From the human T2T-CHM13v2.0 reference genome, Homo sapiens, in NCBI RefSeq assembly GCF_009914755.1, contig NC_060926.1: a DNA stretch of 64,000 bases; one strand, 5' to 3'. Both the position numbers and the translations under genes were made by a program. Within the stretch, counting starts at the first letter, position 1, and each line of letters opens with the position of its first letter. The notes under the pieces were generated by a model. The model did no database searches, had not been told where the DNA came from, and worked only from the letters and a program-made list of their open reading frames with translations. Below are positions 36,526 through 50,300 of this stretch, in pieces.

Positions 36526-37695
36526 TTAGTAAGAGATTATTAGAAAGTACATGTTAGAAACAAGAAGACAGGTGTTGAAGGTGGCCCTGGCAGACAGCAG
36601 CAAGACATTGCCCTGCTGTGAGAAGCCCACCAGGCAAGAGCTGTGGCTGAAGAGGCGTAGATGAAGAGACTTGGATGAAGAGGCATGGATGAAGGGCCGT
36701 GGGTGAAGAGACGTGGATGAAGAGGCATGGACGAAGGGCCGTGGGTGAAGAGGCATGGACGAAGGGCCGTGGGTGAAGAGGCATGGACGAAGGGCCGTGG
36801 GTGAAGAGGCATGGACGAAGGGCCGTGGGTGAAGAGGCATGGAGGAAGGGCCGTGGGTGAAGAGGCATGGACGAAGGGCCGTGGGTGAAGAGGCATGGAG
36901 GAAGGGCCGTGGGTGAAGAGGCATGGACGAAGGGCCGTGGGTGAAGAGGCATGGACGAAGGGCCGTGGGTGAAGAGGCATGGACGAAGGGCCGTGGGTGA
37001 AGAGGCATGGAGGAAGGGCCGTGGGTGAAGAGGCATGGAGGAAGGGCCGTGGGTGAAGAGGCATGGACGAAGGGCCGTGGGTGAAGAGGCATGGACGAAG
37101 GGCCGTGGGTGAAGAGGCATGGACGAAGGGCCGTGGGTGAAGAGGCATGGACGAAGGGCCGTGGGTGAAGAGGCATGGAGGAAGGGCCGTGGGTGAAGAG
37201 GCATGGAGGAAGGGCCGTGGGTGAAGAGGCATGGAGGAAGGGCCGTGGGTGAAGAGGCATGGAGGAAGGGCCGTGGGTGAAGAGGCATGGAGGAAGGGCC
37301 GTGGGTGAAGAGGCATGGACGAAGGGCCGTGGGTGAAGAGGCATGGACGAAGGGCCGTGGGTGAAGAGGCATGGACGAAGGGCCGTGGGTGAAGAGGCAT
37401 GGACGAAGGGCCGTGGGTGAAGAGGCATGGATGAAGGACTGTGGGTGAAGAGCCGTGGATGAAGGGACATGGGTGAAGAGCCGTGGGTGAAGGGACATGG
37501 GTGAAGAGCCGTGGATGAAGGGCCGTGGGTGAAGAGCCGTGGATGAAGGGCCATGGGTGAAGAGCCGTGGATGAAGGGCCATGGGTGAAGAGCCGTGGAT
37601 GAGCCGTGGGGGAAGAGCTGTTGAAGAAAAGTTGTGAATGAAAAGCCGTGGATGAAGGGCCGTGGATGAAGAGCTGTGGATGAACAGGCATGCAT
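36526..37695 (-). other. PRR21: PRR21 putative ORF (389 codons from MHACSSTALH), generated by a minisatellite; coding status doubtful
   Basis: ATG at 37695-37693, stop at 36528-36526. All three minus-strand frames are open across the repeat. Confidence 0.6.
36640..37690. repeat. 28-bp minisatellite (VNTR): 25 near-perfect core units at 36719-37418 with degenerate 14-bp flanking units
   Basis: Unit GAAGAGGCATGGA[C/G]GAAGGGCCGTGGGT, counted unit by unit. Confidence 0.97.
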
Positions 37696-38385
37696 GTGGC
37701 CAAGGCACCACCAGGCTTCACTGGGAGCAAGCCAAACCCAAGCCCGATGCCCTCTCCTGCTCAACCCACTGAGAGGCAGGCTCTAAATTCCTGACCCCAA
37801 GTCAGCTTGATCCCTTAAATCAGACCCCACAAAGCCCTTTGCTACCCCATCCTGCCCTCCCATTAAATCCCATGTCTCCTCTGGCCTTGGAAGAACCTCT
37901 TCACCTGGATCTGATTTCTACCCATTTGATAGGAATTACCCCTTTGCCTACTGTAAGATCAGGTGCGATCAGTTCCGACTCTCTGGGGGCCTCTGTGGCA
38001 GTTACAGCCCAAACCCACTCCCTCAGCCTTCAACAGCCTTCACTCATCTGCACATCCTCCTTCAGCTCTGGCGTCTACTCGGTCCCTAACAGGTATCTGG
38101 ATGCATTCCTCAGTTCCTTCCTATTCCCACTCTAACCCCAAATGCTGATTTGAACACTTACATAGCTCTCAAATGGGCCCGGCCACTGCATCCAAATCCT
38201 GCATCCACTGCTCAACCCAGGGTAGTGCTCATCCCTCACGTGCACAATCCCAGCAGCCTCCCTCACAGCCTCCTTGCCTCCCACGGGGTCCCCTCTCCAT
38301 CTGTCACACACCTGCCAAATAGACGGTCCAAGGCAGGAAACTGAACGTACCTCTACCCCCACCTTAATTGCCAGACGAGTCCATG

Positions 38386-38700
38386 CTGCCTGCCACACCT
38401 GTGAGCCCTCGGGTCCTGATCTGCCTGCCACGCCTGGGAGCTCTCGGGTCCTGACCTGCCCGCCACGCCTGGGAGCTCTCGGGTCCTGATCTGCCCGCCA
38501 CACCTGTTAGCTCTGGGGGTCCTGATCCGCCTGCCATGCAGGAAGCTCTCGGGGCTCTGATCTGCCTGCCACGCCTGGGAGCTCTGGGGGTCCTGATCTG
38601 CCCACCATGCCTGGGAGCTCTCGGGTCCTGATCTGCCCGCCACACCTGGGAGCTCTCGGGGCTCTGATGTTACCCACCATACATGTGAGCTCTTGGGGCT
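38386..38700. repeat. 35-36-bp GC-rich tandem repeat, ~8 diverged copies
   Basis: Unit ccacgcctgggagctctcgggtcctgatctgcctg starts at 38393, 38428, 38463, 38498 and onward. Confidence 0.9.
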
Positions 38701-39042
38701 CTGTCCTCTTTTTGTCTCAAGTCTCCCCTTTGGTGAACACCAGGCTCCTATGAGGCTGCGTCTTTGAGCTCTGCACAGCTCCATGCTGCTTCCTGCCTCT
38801 GAGGCTTTGCTATCATTGAAATTGCCTGGAACACCCTTCCTTTTCCACCCTTTAAATTGAATAACCTCTATTCCTGTTTTAAGGTGTAGATATCATGCCA
38901 TCCAGGTGGCCCTCTTCCACTCCTCCCTGCAGCCCCCACCTGGGTTTGCTTTCTCTCTTCTTGCACTGTTGATCCCCTACACGTCCCACCCAGCCCATAC
39001 CCAGCCTCTTTCTCCTGCATGCCCATCGGGCACCAGATGCTC

Positions 39043-39265
39043 TGCTGGGCTGCCAGGTCCAACAGTGAATAGGACAGAGGTGGCCCTGCCTGCCTGGGCA
39101 TCTGTGTGTATTTAGGTGCTGGGCTGCCAGGTCCAACAGTGAATAGGACAGAGGTGGCCCTGCCTGCCTGGGCATCTGTGTGTATTTAGGTGCTGGGCTG
39201 CCAGGTCCAACAGTGAATAGGACAGAGGTGGCCCTGCCTGCCTGGGCATCTGCGTATATTTAGGT
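39043..39265. repeat. 74-bp tandem repeat, 3 near-identical copies
   Basis: tgctgggctgccaggtccaacagtgaataggacagagg...tatttagg at 39043, 39117 and 39191. Confidence 0.95.
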
Positions 39266-39789
39266 TCAATCAGAATCGACTCATGCAATAATAAAACAAT
39301 TTTTATTTTCTCAGCAGCTGACTGGGCATGCAGTAGGGGTTTATTTAGGAAAAAGGCAGAGGGGGCATCCACCCAAGACAATCAGAGAACATTCGTTGGG
39401 TATAAAACAGAAGGCTACATGCCCTTACTTTTCCCAGACACATTTTGCTTCAGGGACACCTGGAGCTCATTTTGCCACATGGTTAAATATTTAGTACTTT
39501 AACACACCGCAATTTATTGGGGACTTTAAAATCTCAGATGATCTGGCATGTTTTGCTGCTTTCTGAAATGTGCATGGTAATTTTAAAGGCGAGGAAAATT
39601 CATTAAGCTTTACTAACTACAGCTTTGCTCATCTACAAAAACAAGAAAGTACTGGTATTACAACACCAACAACAATACCTATGCTATTAACCTCAACCTC
39701 AGTTTTTTTCCTGAAGGAGAAAAATAGATTTGGAAGTAATTTTTAAATAAATGCGGTACTACAATAATGCAAACAGTCAAATGGCCTCC

Positions 39790-40785
39790 TCAGAGAGGCT
39801 GGCTGTGTATTTGGAGATGAAGTTCCAGAAGACTAGAAAGCCTCCCCTCTACGGCGCAGCTCGTCAAGCCGAAGGCTTTTTTCAAGGCATTCTTAAATTC
39901 CTTATTCCTCAGGCAGTATATCAAGGGGTTCAAGATGGGGGTGATAACTGTGTACAAAACAGAGATGAGCTTGTTGGAGCTCCGGGAATCAATGGCCTGG
40001 GGCCGGACATACATGAAAAGCAAGGCTGTATAGAAGACGGTGACCACGGTGAGGTGAGAGGCGCAGGTGAAGAAGGCTCTCCAGCAGCCGGTGGCCGAGG
40101 GGATGCGCAGGACAGCCAGGGTGATGTGCGCATATGACAGCATGGTGGCCAGGAGTGGAAACACCAGGATGATGAAGGCCAGAATGAAATCCACCAGCTC
40201 TGCAGTGGAGAAGTCCGTGCAGGCCAGCTTGAGGATGGGGGAAATGTCACAGAAGAAGTGGTTCAAGACGTTGGAGCCACAGAACGTGACGCTGGAGATA
40301 AAACAGACCTTGATCATGGAGATGGTGAAGCCACTCACAAAGGAGAAGCCCACCAGCTGGAGGCACAGCCCCGGGGTCACAAGGACGTGGTAGCGCAGCG
40401 GGTGGCAGATGGCCACGTAGCGGTCGTAGGCCATGGAGGCCAGAAGCACACACTCGGTGCACACCAGGGAGCTGAAGAAGTAGAGCTGCGTCATGCACCC
40501 GACGAAAGAGATGCGTTTCTGCTGGAGGAGGAAGCCCTCCAGCATCTTGGGGGTGATGTCAGACACGTACCAGATCTCTAGGAAAGACATGGAGCTCAGA
40601 AAGTAGTACATGGGCCTGTGGAGGGAGGTGCTGCTCCAGACGGTGAGGATGATGGCCAGGTTCTCCACCAGGACAAAGAGGTAGGTGAGCAGGAAGAGGA
40701 GGAAGAGCAGGTACTGCAGCCCTGGGGCCGTGGGGAAGCCCACCAGGATGAAGGTGCCGACCCTGGTGACATTCTCCCCACTCAT
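39790..40785 (-). CDS. OR6B3: Olfactory receptor 6B3, 331 aa
   Basis: [12 protein letters not shown]...IHSQPL with intact [10 protein letters not shown] and HFFCD. Acceptor ttttgtag| upstream (exon starts 40810). Confidence 0.95.
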   Translation of the reverse strand: MSGENVTRVGTFILVGFPTAPGLQYLLFLLFLLTYLFVLVENLAIILTVWSSTSLHRPMYYFLSSMSFLEIWYVSDITPKMLEGFLLQQKRISFVGCMTQLYFFSSLVCTECVLLASMAYDRYVAICHPLRYHVLVTPGLCLQLVGFSFVSGFTISMIKVCFISSVTFCGSNVLNHFFCDISPILKLACTDFSTAELVDFILAFIILVFPLLATMLSYAHITLAVLRIPSATGCWRAFFTCASHLTVVTVFYTALLFMYVRPQAIDSRSSNKLISVLYTVITPILNPLIYCLRNKEFKNALKKAFGLTSCAVEGRLSSLLELHLQIHSQPL

Positions 40786-41559
40786 GCCTCTGTGCTTGGG
40801 AGCTGCAGGCCTACAAAACATCAAAGAGCAAGAGGAAAGGGCTGCAGGGAAGCTGGGGCAGAGGGAGAGTGGAGCTGGACCTGGATAGGGAGTTTTGGTG
40901 TAAAGAGAGGCCACGTGGCTCCCCAGAGCACCAGTGGGGAGCAAAAGCAGCTCCCCACCCAGATACATGTTAAGCACTAACCTCTGATGATATAGATTCT
41001 AGGTCTCAGCCTGTAACACTGGGTCTGGAATGCCCTCCTGAGCCTGTCACCACCAGTCTCCCTCATCTCTCAAAGCTGTGTCCTATTTTTCACCACCTGG
41101 ACTTCTCCAAGGGACCCAATAACCATGAAGGGCATCCACAGGGTGTCCGGTGTCCTCCAGGGGATGAGCCCTGACTGCCCCAGGCTTCTGGATGTATTGT
41201 TTGAGTCTGACGCATTCTTTCTAAATTGGTAGATATATGACCTGTTACCTGGTTTTAGGGTTGATTTTACAGGAGGAAGTGACACCATGGCAGGGGTGAG
41301 GCCCAGGTCCAACTTGGCCAGATCCCAGACTCAGGCACATCCACAGCAGCAGCCGGAGCCTCCCAGGCCAAGAAGGGAAAGTGGTCACATCCTTATCCCT
41401 GTCAATCTGAGGGGAATATCAGCAAGGGAGAGATTGCAATGCAATCCCAGAAGAGAGAAAACAGATGGCAGCAGAGAGGAGGAAGTCTAGAACGTTCTCG
41501 AGGGGCCTGTGGCTGAGGGAGGAGTCGTCCACCCACACCTGAGTGTGTATTTTTATATA

Positions 41560-41725
41560 AAACACATCCATTAATCCTCACTACAGTCCTGGGAAAAAGA
41601 AGGCTTACATCTCTAAGTTGAGATGGAAAGTCTGAGACCCAAAAAGAAAGGTTCATGGACTTACCCAGGGCCGGGGCAGCACCAGGACACAGACTGGAAT
41701 CTTCTAACACCAAGGCCGCTGCCCT
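41560..41725 (-). mobile_element. MIR SINE fragment
   Basis: ttaatcctcactacagtcctg...agatggaaagtctgagaccc...ggttcatggacttacccagggcc. Confidence 0.5.
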
Positions 41726-44700
41726 TCCAATGCGGTTTCCACAACAGAAGCAGTGAACCCATGTGGACATAGGCTAGAACATTTGAATTATAAAGATGTG
41801 TAGATTCAGTTGTTGGTTGCCCTGTGACACTACACTAACAGGCAATGAAAACAAAAAGTCACAAAATAAATAGTATTATTCAGAAAAAAGGCAGAGAAGA
41901 CCCCTTCAGAAGGAAATACAGGGATATAGGGCATAGGTTGGTTGAACGAACCTAAAGCAAATATTTAAATTAATAAGCAAAAGACTTGGAAGCCACCGTA
42001 TTGTTCATTAATAAGGGATGGGCTAAGTAAGTTTTGTCACATCCCTATTATGAACACTATGTGGTCACTGAAAAGAAGGGGCAGGTCCGTCTGTAGATAT
42101 GGAATGGTTTCCAAGGTCTGTAGCCACAGTTTTAAAGGTTTGAAACAGCACTGATCGTATGCCTCCGCTCATACAAGTAAAAGTATGTAAATAGGGCAGA
42201 CGACCCGTGAAGGTACAAGGTGGTGGGGACACTCACTGTCCTGAGGGGCAGAGCAGGTCACTGGAACACAGATGGCAGGGAAATGTTTTTATGGCAACCC
42301 TTTTTCTGTGTTTTGAATTTTGTTTCACGTGAGTATATTATTTATTCAAAATAGTGATCCATTACTTATTTTTAAATTACTACATTCTCCTTTAAAAAGA
42401 AAAAGTTATGCACTGGATTAAAAATTCAATAAGTCAACATTTTCCCAGGCCATAATTCCAAATCTATACTGAAAAACACACATAGATTAAATGACTGAAT
42501 GAGAATAAAGTGTATTGTGCAGTGTATCGTGTGCCTTTAAAAATGACAAAAGTTTCAATTATGATATTGCACAGATATCAAAATTAATGAAAACAGAGGA
42601 TGGATCAGAAACGACAGAATAATATCAACAGCAGTTTGCTTCCCCAAATAGCAGAGAAATTGAAATACAGAAAAGAAAACCGAAAATAAAGATGAAATAG
42701 AAATATATTGATGGCATCTGTTAGAGCATGAATAAGTAGGTAAATGATTAAGAATATAAATAAGTAATATGAATTCAACAGATCTTTAAAGAAAACACAC
42801 AGGAAATGTAGGGAGTTGTTAAAACACCTGGTTCGTGTTGGCATGCAGTATTCGTTCCATAAATGGTAGCAATATTGTGCATAGGAGTTACATTAATGAA
42901 ATCTAATAAAACAGCTTTCTTTCAAGTACACCGATTAAACACAAAATGAGTTTAAACCACAGTAGTATACGTCGTAGAACTGTGTAAAGTGGAGTCCCTG
43001 GCCCTTTGCTCACATCCTTTCTTGCACCTGGAATGCCCCCCAGCCCCGTCCCCACTCTGGCTGCTTCTGCTGTGGCCGTCCTCTGGGCTCCCATCAACCC
43101 ACACCTACCCCCATCTCCGCACTGTCTCTCCTGGTTGCACTTGCTGTGTTCATGAGGGAGGAGGGATGTGGGCTGGGTACGAGCCGGCTGCAGGGCTGGT
43201 GGAAGCTCTCTATTTGGGAGGTGCTTGTGAAGCACCTCTTGCTGCGCACCCACTGGGCCGCATGCTCCTGAGGACAGGAGCTATGCCTCTCTCACTACTG
43301 ACCAAGGCACCAAGAGCACTTCCTACCATGCAGTAGAAACTCCACAAGCCGTAGGGGAATGAGTGTCGATGGGAAAGGTAAAGGAGTGACAGGGGTCTGC
43401 CCAAACTAACACGGTGCAGCAAAAGCTGGCAGACTGGGTGATGGCACGTGTTTCTTTTCACCACCACAACCACCTGCCCCCTCTTCTCTCTCCTCTTAGT
43501 CCTTAAATCCCGGATCTTTAAAGAAAAGGAGAAATTACGTATAAAATGTACAACTAGAGGGCTACCCTCATGACACAAAAAGCTAGTGAAGAAAGGCGGC
43601 CCAGAGCCAAGAGTCTTTGAGGATGTTACCACCGTCCTGCCCATGGGAGGGAAGAAGGTGTCCAGAAAGCCTCACCAGGGTGCCCAGAGAGCTCTGTGGC
43701 CCAGGGGACATGGATGGTGGGAGTCTGGATCTCACAGTTCTCTGGGTCAGCAGGGAGGAGGGCTGAGGGCTAGGTGTGAGTGGGCTGTATGGCTGATGGA
43801 AACTATTTGGAAGTCCTTTTATGGCTACAAATCAGCAAAATTTAAGAAGGGCAGAGGCAACTGGCTGGGCCGCTTGGTGGCTGTAAACAGACTAAGGATA
43901 GCAGGATTATCACCAGGTACCAGGGAGATCATGGCTAGTTTAGGAACTTCAAGGAAAAAGAACCCTAAAGGCATCCAGCCAGAATAAAATAAGTTATATT
44001 TTTTTGTACATAAAATAGAAGATCTGTTGAGTTAGCTTTAGTTTTCATCAAAAACTTGAGTCCAGAAAACAGCAGAGAAACTTCTAGCAAGGGCTGGAGG
44101 GTATGAAACTCGAATGTTGTGTCCAGACCTGGAATTATTCATGCCTGAGGGTAGCAGAGAGGCAGCCTGCACAAGCACCTGGTCTGAATGTAGGAGTTTT
44201 AAACTCTTCCTCAATAAGAAACTCAAAATGTCACAGGTATTAACCTGAGATATAATAACAATCCCCGATCAAGACTTTCACAGCGTAAAAACATGGGCAG
44301 TGAAGAAACACACATTCAGACACAGCGTATCCAGTTCTAGCAAATGTTGTCCGGATAGCTACAAAACAAAATGCAAACGTCTCTCCTTGTTAATCGAAAT
44401 AATATATAATGAAAAATAGTAATTGTTTGGAAAAAAAGAGAAACTGGGCTTAAATACAGTTAAAGCCAGTAACTAGATTTAAACCAGTTACTCTTCTTTT
44501 TCCAAACAATTACTGATTATCTAATTGTTTTTCCAAGAGGAAAACCTTGGGAAAGGATAAGATTGTAATAAGAAAAAAAGTGTGTTTTGCCTCATTTTCA
44601 GATGAGATAATCAAAAGGGTATGTTATATTCCTGGAGTTTATTGTTAGAGTAATATGAGTCCTTAAAAATTTTAATAGTAAATCATGGTTTTTAAAAGGA

Positions 44701-44890
44701 TATAGATCCTATAAATCTTGAAAGAACAAAAAATATAGAAATAAAGGAAATCATAAGAAAGCACCCCAAACTAACTACAACAATGACTGGAGTAAAAAAA
44801 AAAAATCAGTTGTGACAATAAATGTATGTAGGATAAACTCACCTGGTAAAAGGAAAAAATGCCCAAGTCATAGAAAAAAAATCTATTGTA

Positions 44891-44918
44891 TTAGGTTGGT
44901 GCAAAAGTAATTGCGGTT
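44891..44918 (+). mobile_element. Single MADE1/Hsmar1 terminal inverted repeat
   Basis: TA|ttaggttggtgcaaaagtaattgcggtt. Confidence 0.85.
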
Positions 44919-45145
44919 ATATGCCAAGATGCACGACAAAAAACTTCAACTCAGGTTGAAATGACAACCGTAGGCTCAGATGTATAATCAAACAAAAAGA
45001 AAGCATGACTGCAGAATTAACATTTGATCAAGTAAAATTTCAGACCCCAAATGGTCTGTTTCACTTATAAACCTTTTAGTGAATAATATATCCTCAACAC
45101 GGAGTCAGCAAAAACCTGACTTTAGTATCAGAAGAAATGGACAGG

Positions 45146-45506
<361 letters not shown>

Positions 45507-47498
45507 TCACTGCTTGACAGATCTCAAAGGTAAAAACAAATTAGAATGCCAAGTATTGGAATTAGAATAGTAAAATTTTTGAAATGTTGATTTGAGGGAT
45601 AATAAACTCACAACCCTGAGAAAATATACACTTTTGTTTAGAAAATGTGGAGAAATCATCGGCAATGGCATCAAAAAATGTTCAATCTGTCTCCAAAGCA
45701 GAATCACAGATAACACATTTCCCTAAAAACAATGGCATAAAAATCATTTTTTATGAATTAGAAAAAATAATAGAATTGATCGATAGCAGCAAAAACTTGT
45801 TCTGAAGTAGGCTTAGAGTTGAGGACAGTAAAACAGATGAAACAGGAAAATATGAGCATGCAACGCAATTTCAGAGACTAAAAAAAGAGTAAACTGCAGG
45901 TGGAGACCCACCAAATGACAGGGGAAGGGTTGGCGCTATTTACCAAGCACCTAATATGTGTTTTATTCAGTGGTCCTCTTCCAGCTTCAGTTTACAGATG
46001 ACAAGGAAGACTGGGGGCTTAGAAGATGATTAAAAGCAATCATAGAAGAGTGACTGTTAAAGGCAAGAAAAAGGTCTATTTTTGAGAAAACTGAGTGAAG
46101 ACAGAAAGCTCAACAGCATCATGATGTTAAAATTGCTTCAGAGAAAACCGACAGGCCCAGATACTTTGCCTGTGCCCAGCTTCTAGCTATGCCAGGAGCA
46201 GATCTTTCCTACATTAGGTAAACCCTTAGAGAGCATGGGAAAGTCCCAATTCATTTTACAAAATAGCAAATTCCTGATACGAAAGCCTGATGAAGATTTC
46301 AGGGAAGAAAAACTATGTATCGATTATTTTTTTCTTTTTTACTATACTTAAAAAACTCAAATAAAATGTCAGCAATTAGGACCCAGCAGCACTTTAAAAG
46401 AGCTCACGTGGCACTAGCGTGATTATTTCAGCGGTGCAAAGAGACTTCGAGGTTAGCAAATCTGCTGAAAGGATCACATTTGAAGTCTAGCTAATGCTAA
46501 AAGGCTTTGATTAAAAACTCTCCCAAAACTTTCATGCATCTGTCATCCCCAAAGAAGTGATTTTTCCTAACATGATAAATAATACCAGCCTCAACCAACA
46601 GCCTACAGCATCCCCACAGCTAAATACCAGGATCATTCCTGCTCCACCAAGGTCAGGATTAAGACAGGGCTCTTTGTTGTAACTACTGCTACGTAACAAT
46701 GTGCCATTGTACTAGCTACCACAGAACAGAATAAAGAAGTAGACAAAATTATCATTATTTCCAGATGGCAGGACTTTTAAGCTGAAAAATCTGCTACACT
46801 ATTATAATTAAGGGATTTCAAAATGAATATCAAAAATGTAGTCTTCCTGTATACCAACAATGACTAATTAGAATATTCTTAGATTCAAAAAAGTATATTG
46901 TAAAAATGTCAGTATCTCCAAATCAATTTTGAAATTTAACTCAATTCTATTTGAAATCTCACCAAATTATATTTTTCTTGAAACAGGATGAAATAATTCT
47001 TGAAATCATCTGGAAATATAAACAGATGAGAATAGCTAAAATAATTCAGGAAGAAGAAAAGAGAAGCAGGTTAATGAAGAGGCGTTTCTATTTTGGATAG
47101 AAAAACTACAATAAAAATAAAATAATAATTTAATAAAATAAATACTAAAGATAACGAGCACCACCATAAAGTCAATGGAACAGCATAGAGAAAGTATAGA
47201 AAGCCCTACATCAGAGCTGAGGATTTCTGTGATACTATTAGCAAGGAAAGCCTGGATTGTGTTAAACATGATGTCAGGATAGTTCATTAAACCCATGCTA
47301 AAAACCAACCGGGTCTGTTCTTCATATGTTACATCAGAAAGTGCATTTCAGATGGACAGAGCCTGCGATGCCTGCCGGTCCTCCAGCCTCTCCTAAGCTG
47401 CTGTTCTGTGGACACGACAGGGTAGAGCCCAAGCTGGAAGCCCGTGGGCCCGACACGCATAGCCTGCTCGTTGATTTCCTTTCAGCACTGATTTTTAA

Positions 47499-47870
<372 letters not shown>

Positions 47871-49477
47871 TGAGCACCTCTCAAGCCAGTTCCTCACACG
47901 CCTGTATATTGGGTATATTGGGATGTCATTTATCCTGCACGTTTCAGAAGGACAATTCTCTAAAACTTTCACTTTGACCTTTGTTTTTGAAAATCAGAAC
48001 ATTTCACACAGAGGCACCAATATCTGGTTTCTTTTGAAAAGCTGGAAGATCTGAGGCAACACCGTTCAAGGTCCTGCACTCACAATGCACCCTGTGGACA
48101 GTGCAAGATGCACCCTGCTCGCAGCATGGCCCCTCTCTCTGGGAGCACCTGCCCCGTCTGCCCACTGCTTACCTGATTGCAGCTGCAGGGCAGGGCGCGA
48201 GGCAGGCAATGATGTGTCTCTGCTCCTACTCAGATACCTCTGGGTCCCCATGTCCCCTGTCTTCTTGGGGTGCACATTCCCACGAATGCCTCTGATGAGG
48301 TCTCTTCCTCCCATACATAAAGACTCACAGGCAGTTATACTCCCTCCTCCCACTGCCATGCGGCTTCTGTCGCTGTGCACCTCGGGGACTAGCTGTCCCC
48401 AGAAGCCAGCGACGTTCTGCTCATTTCTGGGCCCACATTTTGGCTCTTGTTCTGCTCCCCTTTCCTTCAGTGTCTGGCGCTGTGGCCCCAGCCTTCCGTC
48501 CCCACCGTCCACACTCAGAACAATGTACCCGCCCCTGCGGTTCCTGTAGTCACTTCCAGCTGACGACTCCCAGGCTGCCCCGATCCCTCTGCAGAACTAA
48601 CTCCTGTGTCCAGCCAATGACTCAAGACCTCCCCTGGCCATGGAGCCCCTGCCCCTGTGCTCTTCCTCTCAGGGAGTGGTGCGGCTGCCCACGCCCCCCG
48701 GATGCCCCACTGAGCTCCCGTGTGGACCCTTCCCCTCCCCTCCCTCCACACCCGAGCACGCCTGAGTCCTTCTGCCCCACATCTTAAATGCCTCCAGAAT
48801 CAGGTCTGCTGTCTCCACGTTCATGGGCTGCCATCCACCCTGTCCTTGTTCAGGTTCCGTCCCTCCCAGGCTGGATTATTGTCACCGCTCTCTCACTGGT
48901 CTTCCTCCAGTCTCTCCTGACTCTGTCTGATCCATCATCCCAGTAGCAGGGAATGACATTCAGGGAATGACACGCAGACCTCTCTCCTGGCCACGTCCAT
49001 TGCATGTTCTTAGCATAAGCCCCTTGCTCCTGAGTCAGCCTCTCTATGGCCTCACTGCCTCTCTTGCTCCTGCCCCTCCTGGAATCCCTGGCTGCTGCAG
49101 GAGGCACCTCTTCAGTGCCATGAGAGCACCGTGCTGATTCAGTCCCCACTGCTGCCCTGCCAGTTGCCCTTCAGGACTTGCCTCAGACGTAGCTTCTTCC
49201 TGATGGGCTCACTTGAGCTCCCGATGCTACTGTTAGCTGCTCCCAGAGATGAGGAATTTCAGGGTGCCTCCAGGCTTCTGCTTTCATTAGGGTTTCCCTG
49301 CAGAGGGGGAAAGTGCACTTGAGGAGAGAGAGGAAGATGAGGGGCTTAGTTTGGGGCATGCTGGGCTTGCAGCGCCTATGGGACACCCTGTAGAGAGCTC
49401 CAGGAGTACCCCTGACATCCAGAACGCCCACCAGAGACTGAGGTCAGATGTCAAGATGTGTAGGGGGTCGGTCCAAG

Positions 49478-50300
49478 GTTTATTAAGTGTCTAATATGTG
49501 CCAGTCATTGTTTCAGGCAATTGAGATAAATCAGGAGAAAAAAACAGTCCCAAACTCTTGCCTTCATGAAATGTAAATTCTAGTGAAGGCAGGAAATAAG
49601 TCAGAAAAATAAATAATACCCATGATATGTAAGGAAATTATTTAGAGTGTGGAAGGTGGTGAGTGGATGGGAACAGAAGGTCAGGGTGGGCTGGGGGGTG
49701 GTGGTGGGGATGTGCCAGAGAGGAGGCGACACCAGGGCAGAGTCTCAAAGAAGATGTGAGTTAGCCTGTGGCTGTCTGTCGGACACACGTAGGTGGAGAG
49801 AAAATGAGGTGCAAAGGCTGCAGGCTGGGGAGTGCAAGAAGGGGGTCAGGGGGTTGGGGCAAGGCTGGCTGCAGCAGAGTGATAGGGAGTGGCAGGAGAC
49901 AGTGACAACCAAGAGCAGAAGGAGCCCACTCAGAGCCTGAGGTGGTGAGGACCATGGTGAGGACGTTGGCTTTCACTCTGACGGCAGTGGCATGGCACCA
50001 CCCACACTGTAAATGGCTGACTCTGACCACTGCATTGAGATCGGGCTGGAGGAGTCAGGTGAGGAGGGGGAGCCCGTGCAGAGACCCTGAGGTCATCAGG
50101 GAAAAGGCTGCAGGAGCGCAGGCCAGGGCAGGAGGCGTGGGAAGGGCAAACCTGTCCGGTGTGTGCTGAAGGCAGCCTCAACGAGGCTTTCTGGCTGGGT
50201 CCCTGAGAATCAAAAGTGACACCAGGAAGTCAATCTGTGCTGCCTGCAGGGATGTGAATGAGATTGACCAAGGAAAATATGAAGACTAAGAGGGCAAGAA
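49478..50300 (-). mobile_element. Degraded L2 fragment
   Basis: tttattaagtgtctaatatgtgccagtcattgtt...ggaccatggtgaggacgttggctttcactctga. Confidence 0.55.

Noticed and set aside
36719-39265. Tandem arrays as CRISPR-like structures
   Set aside because: Head-to-tail repeats without unique spacers in human DNA; these are ordinary minisatellites.
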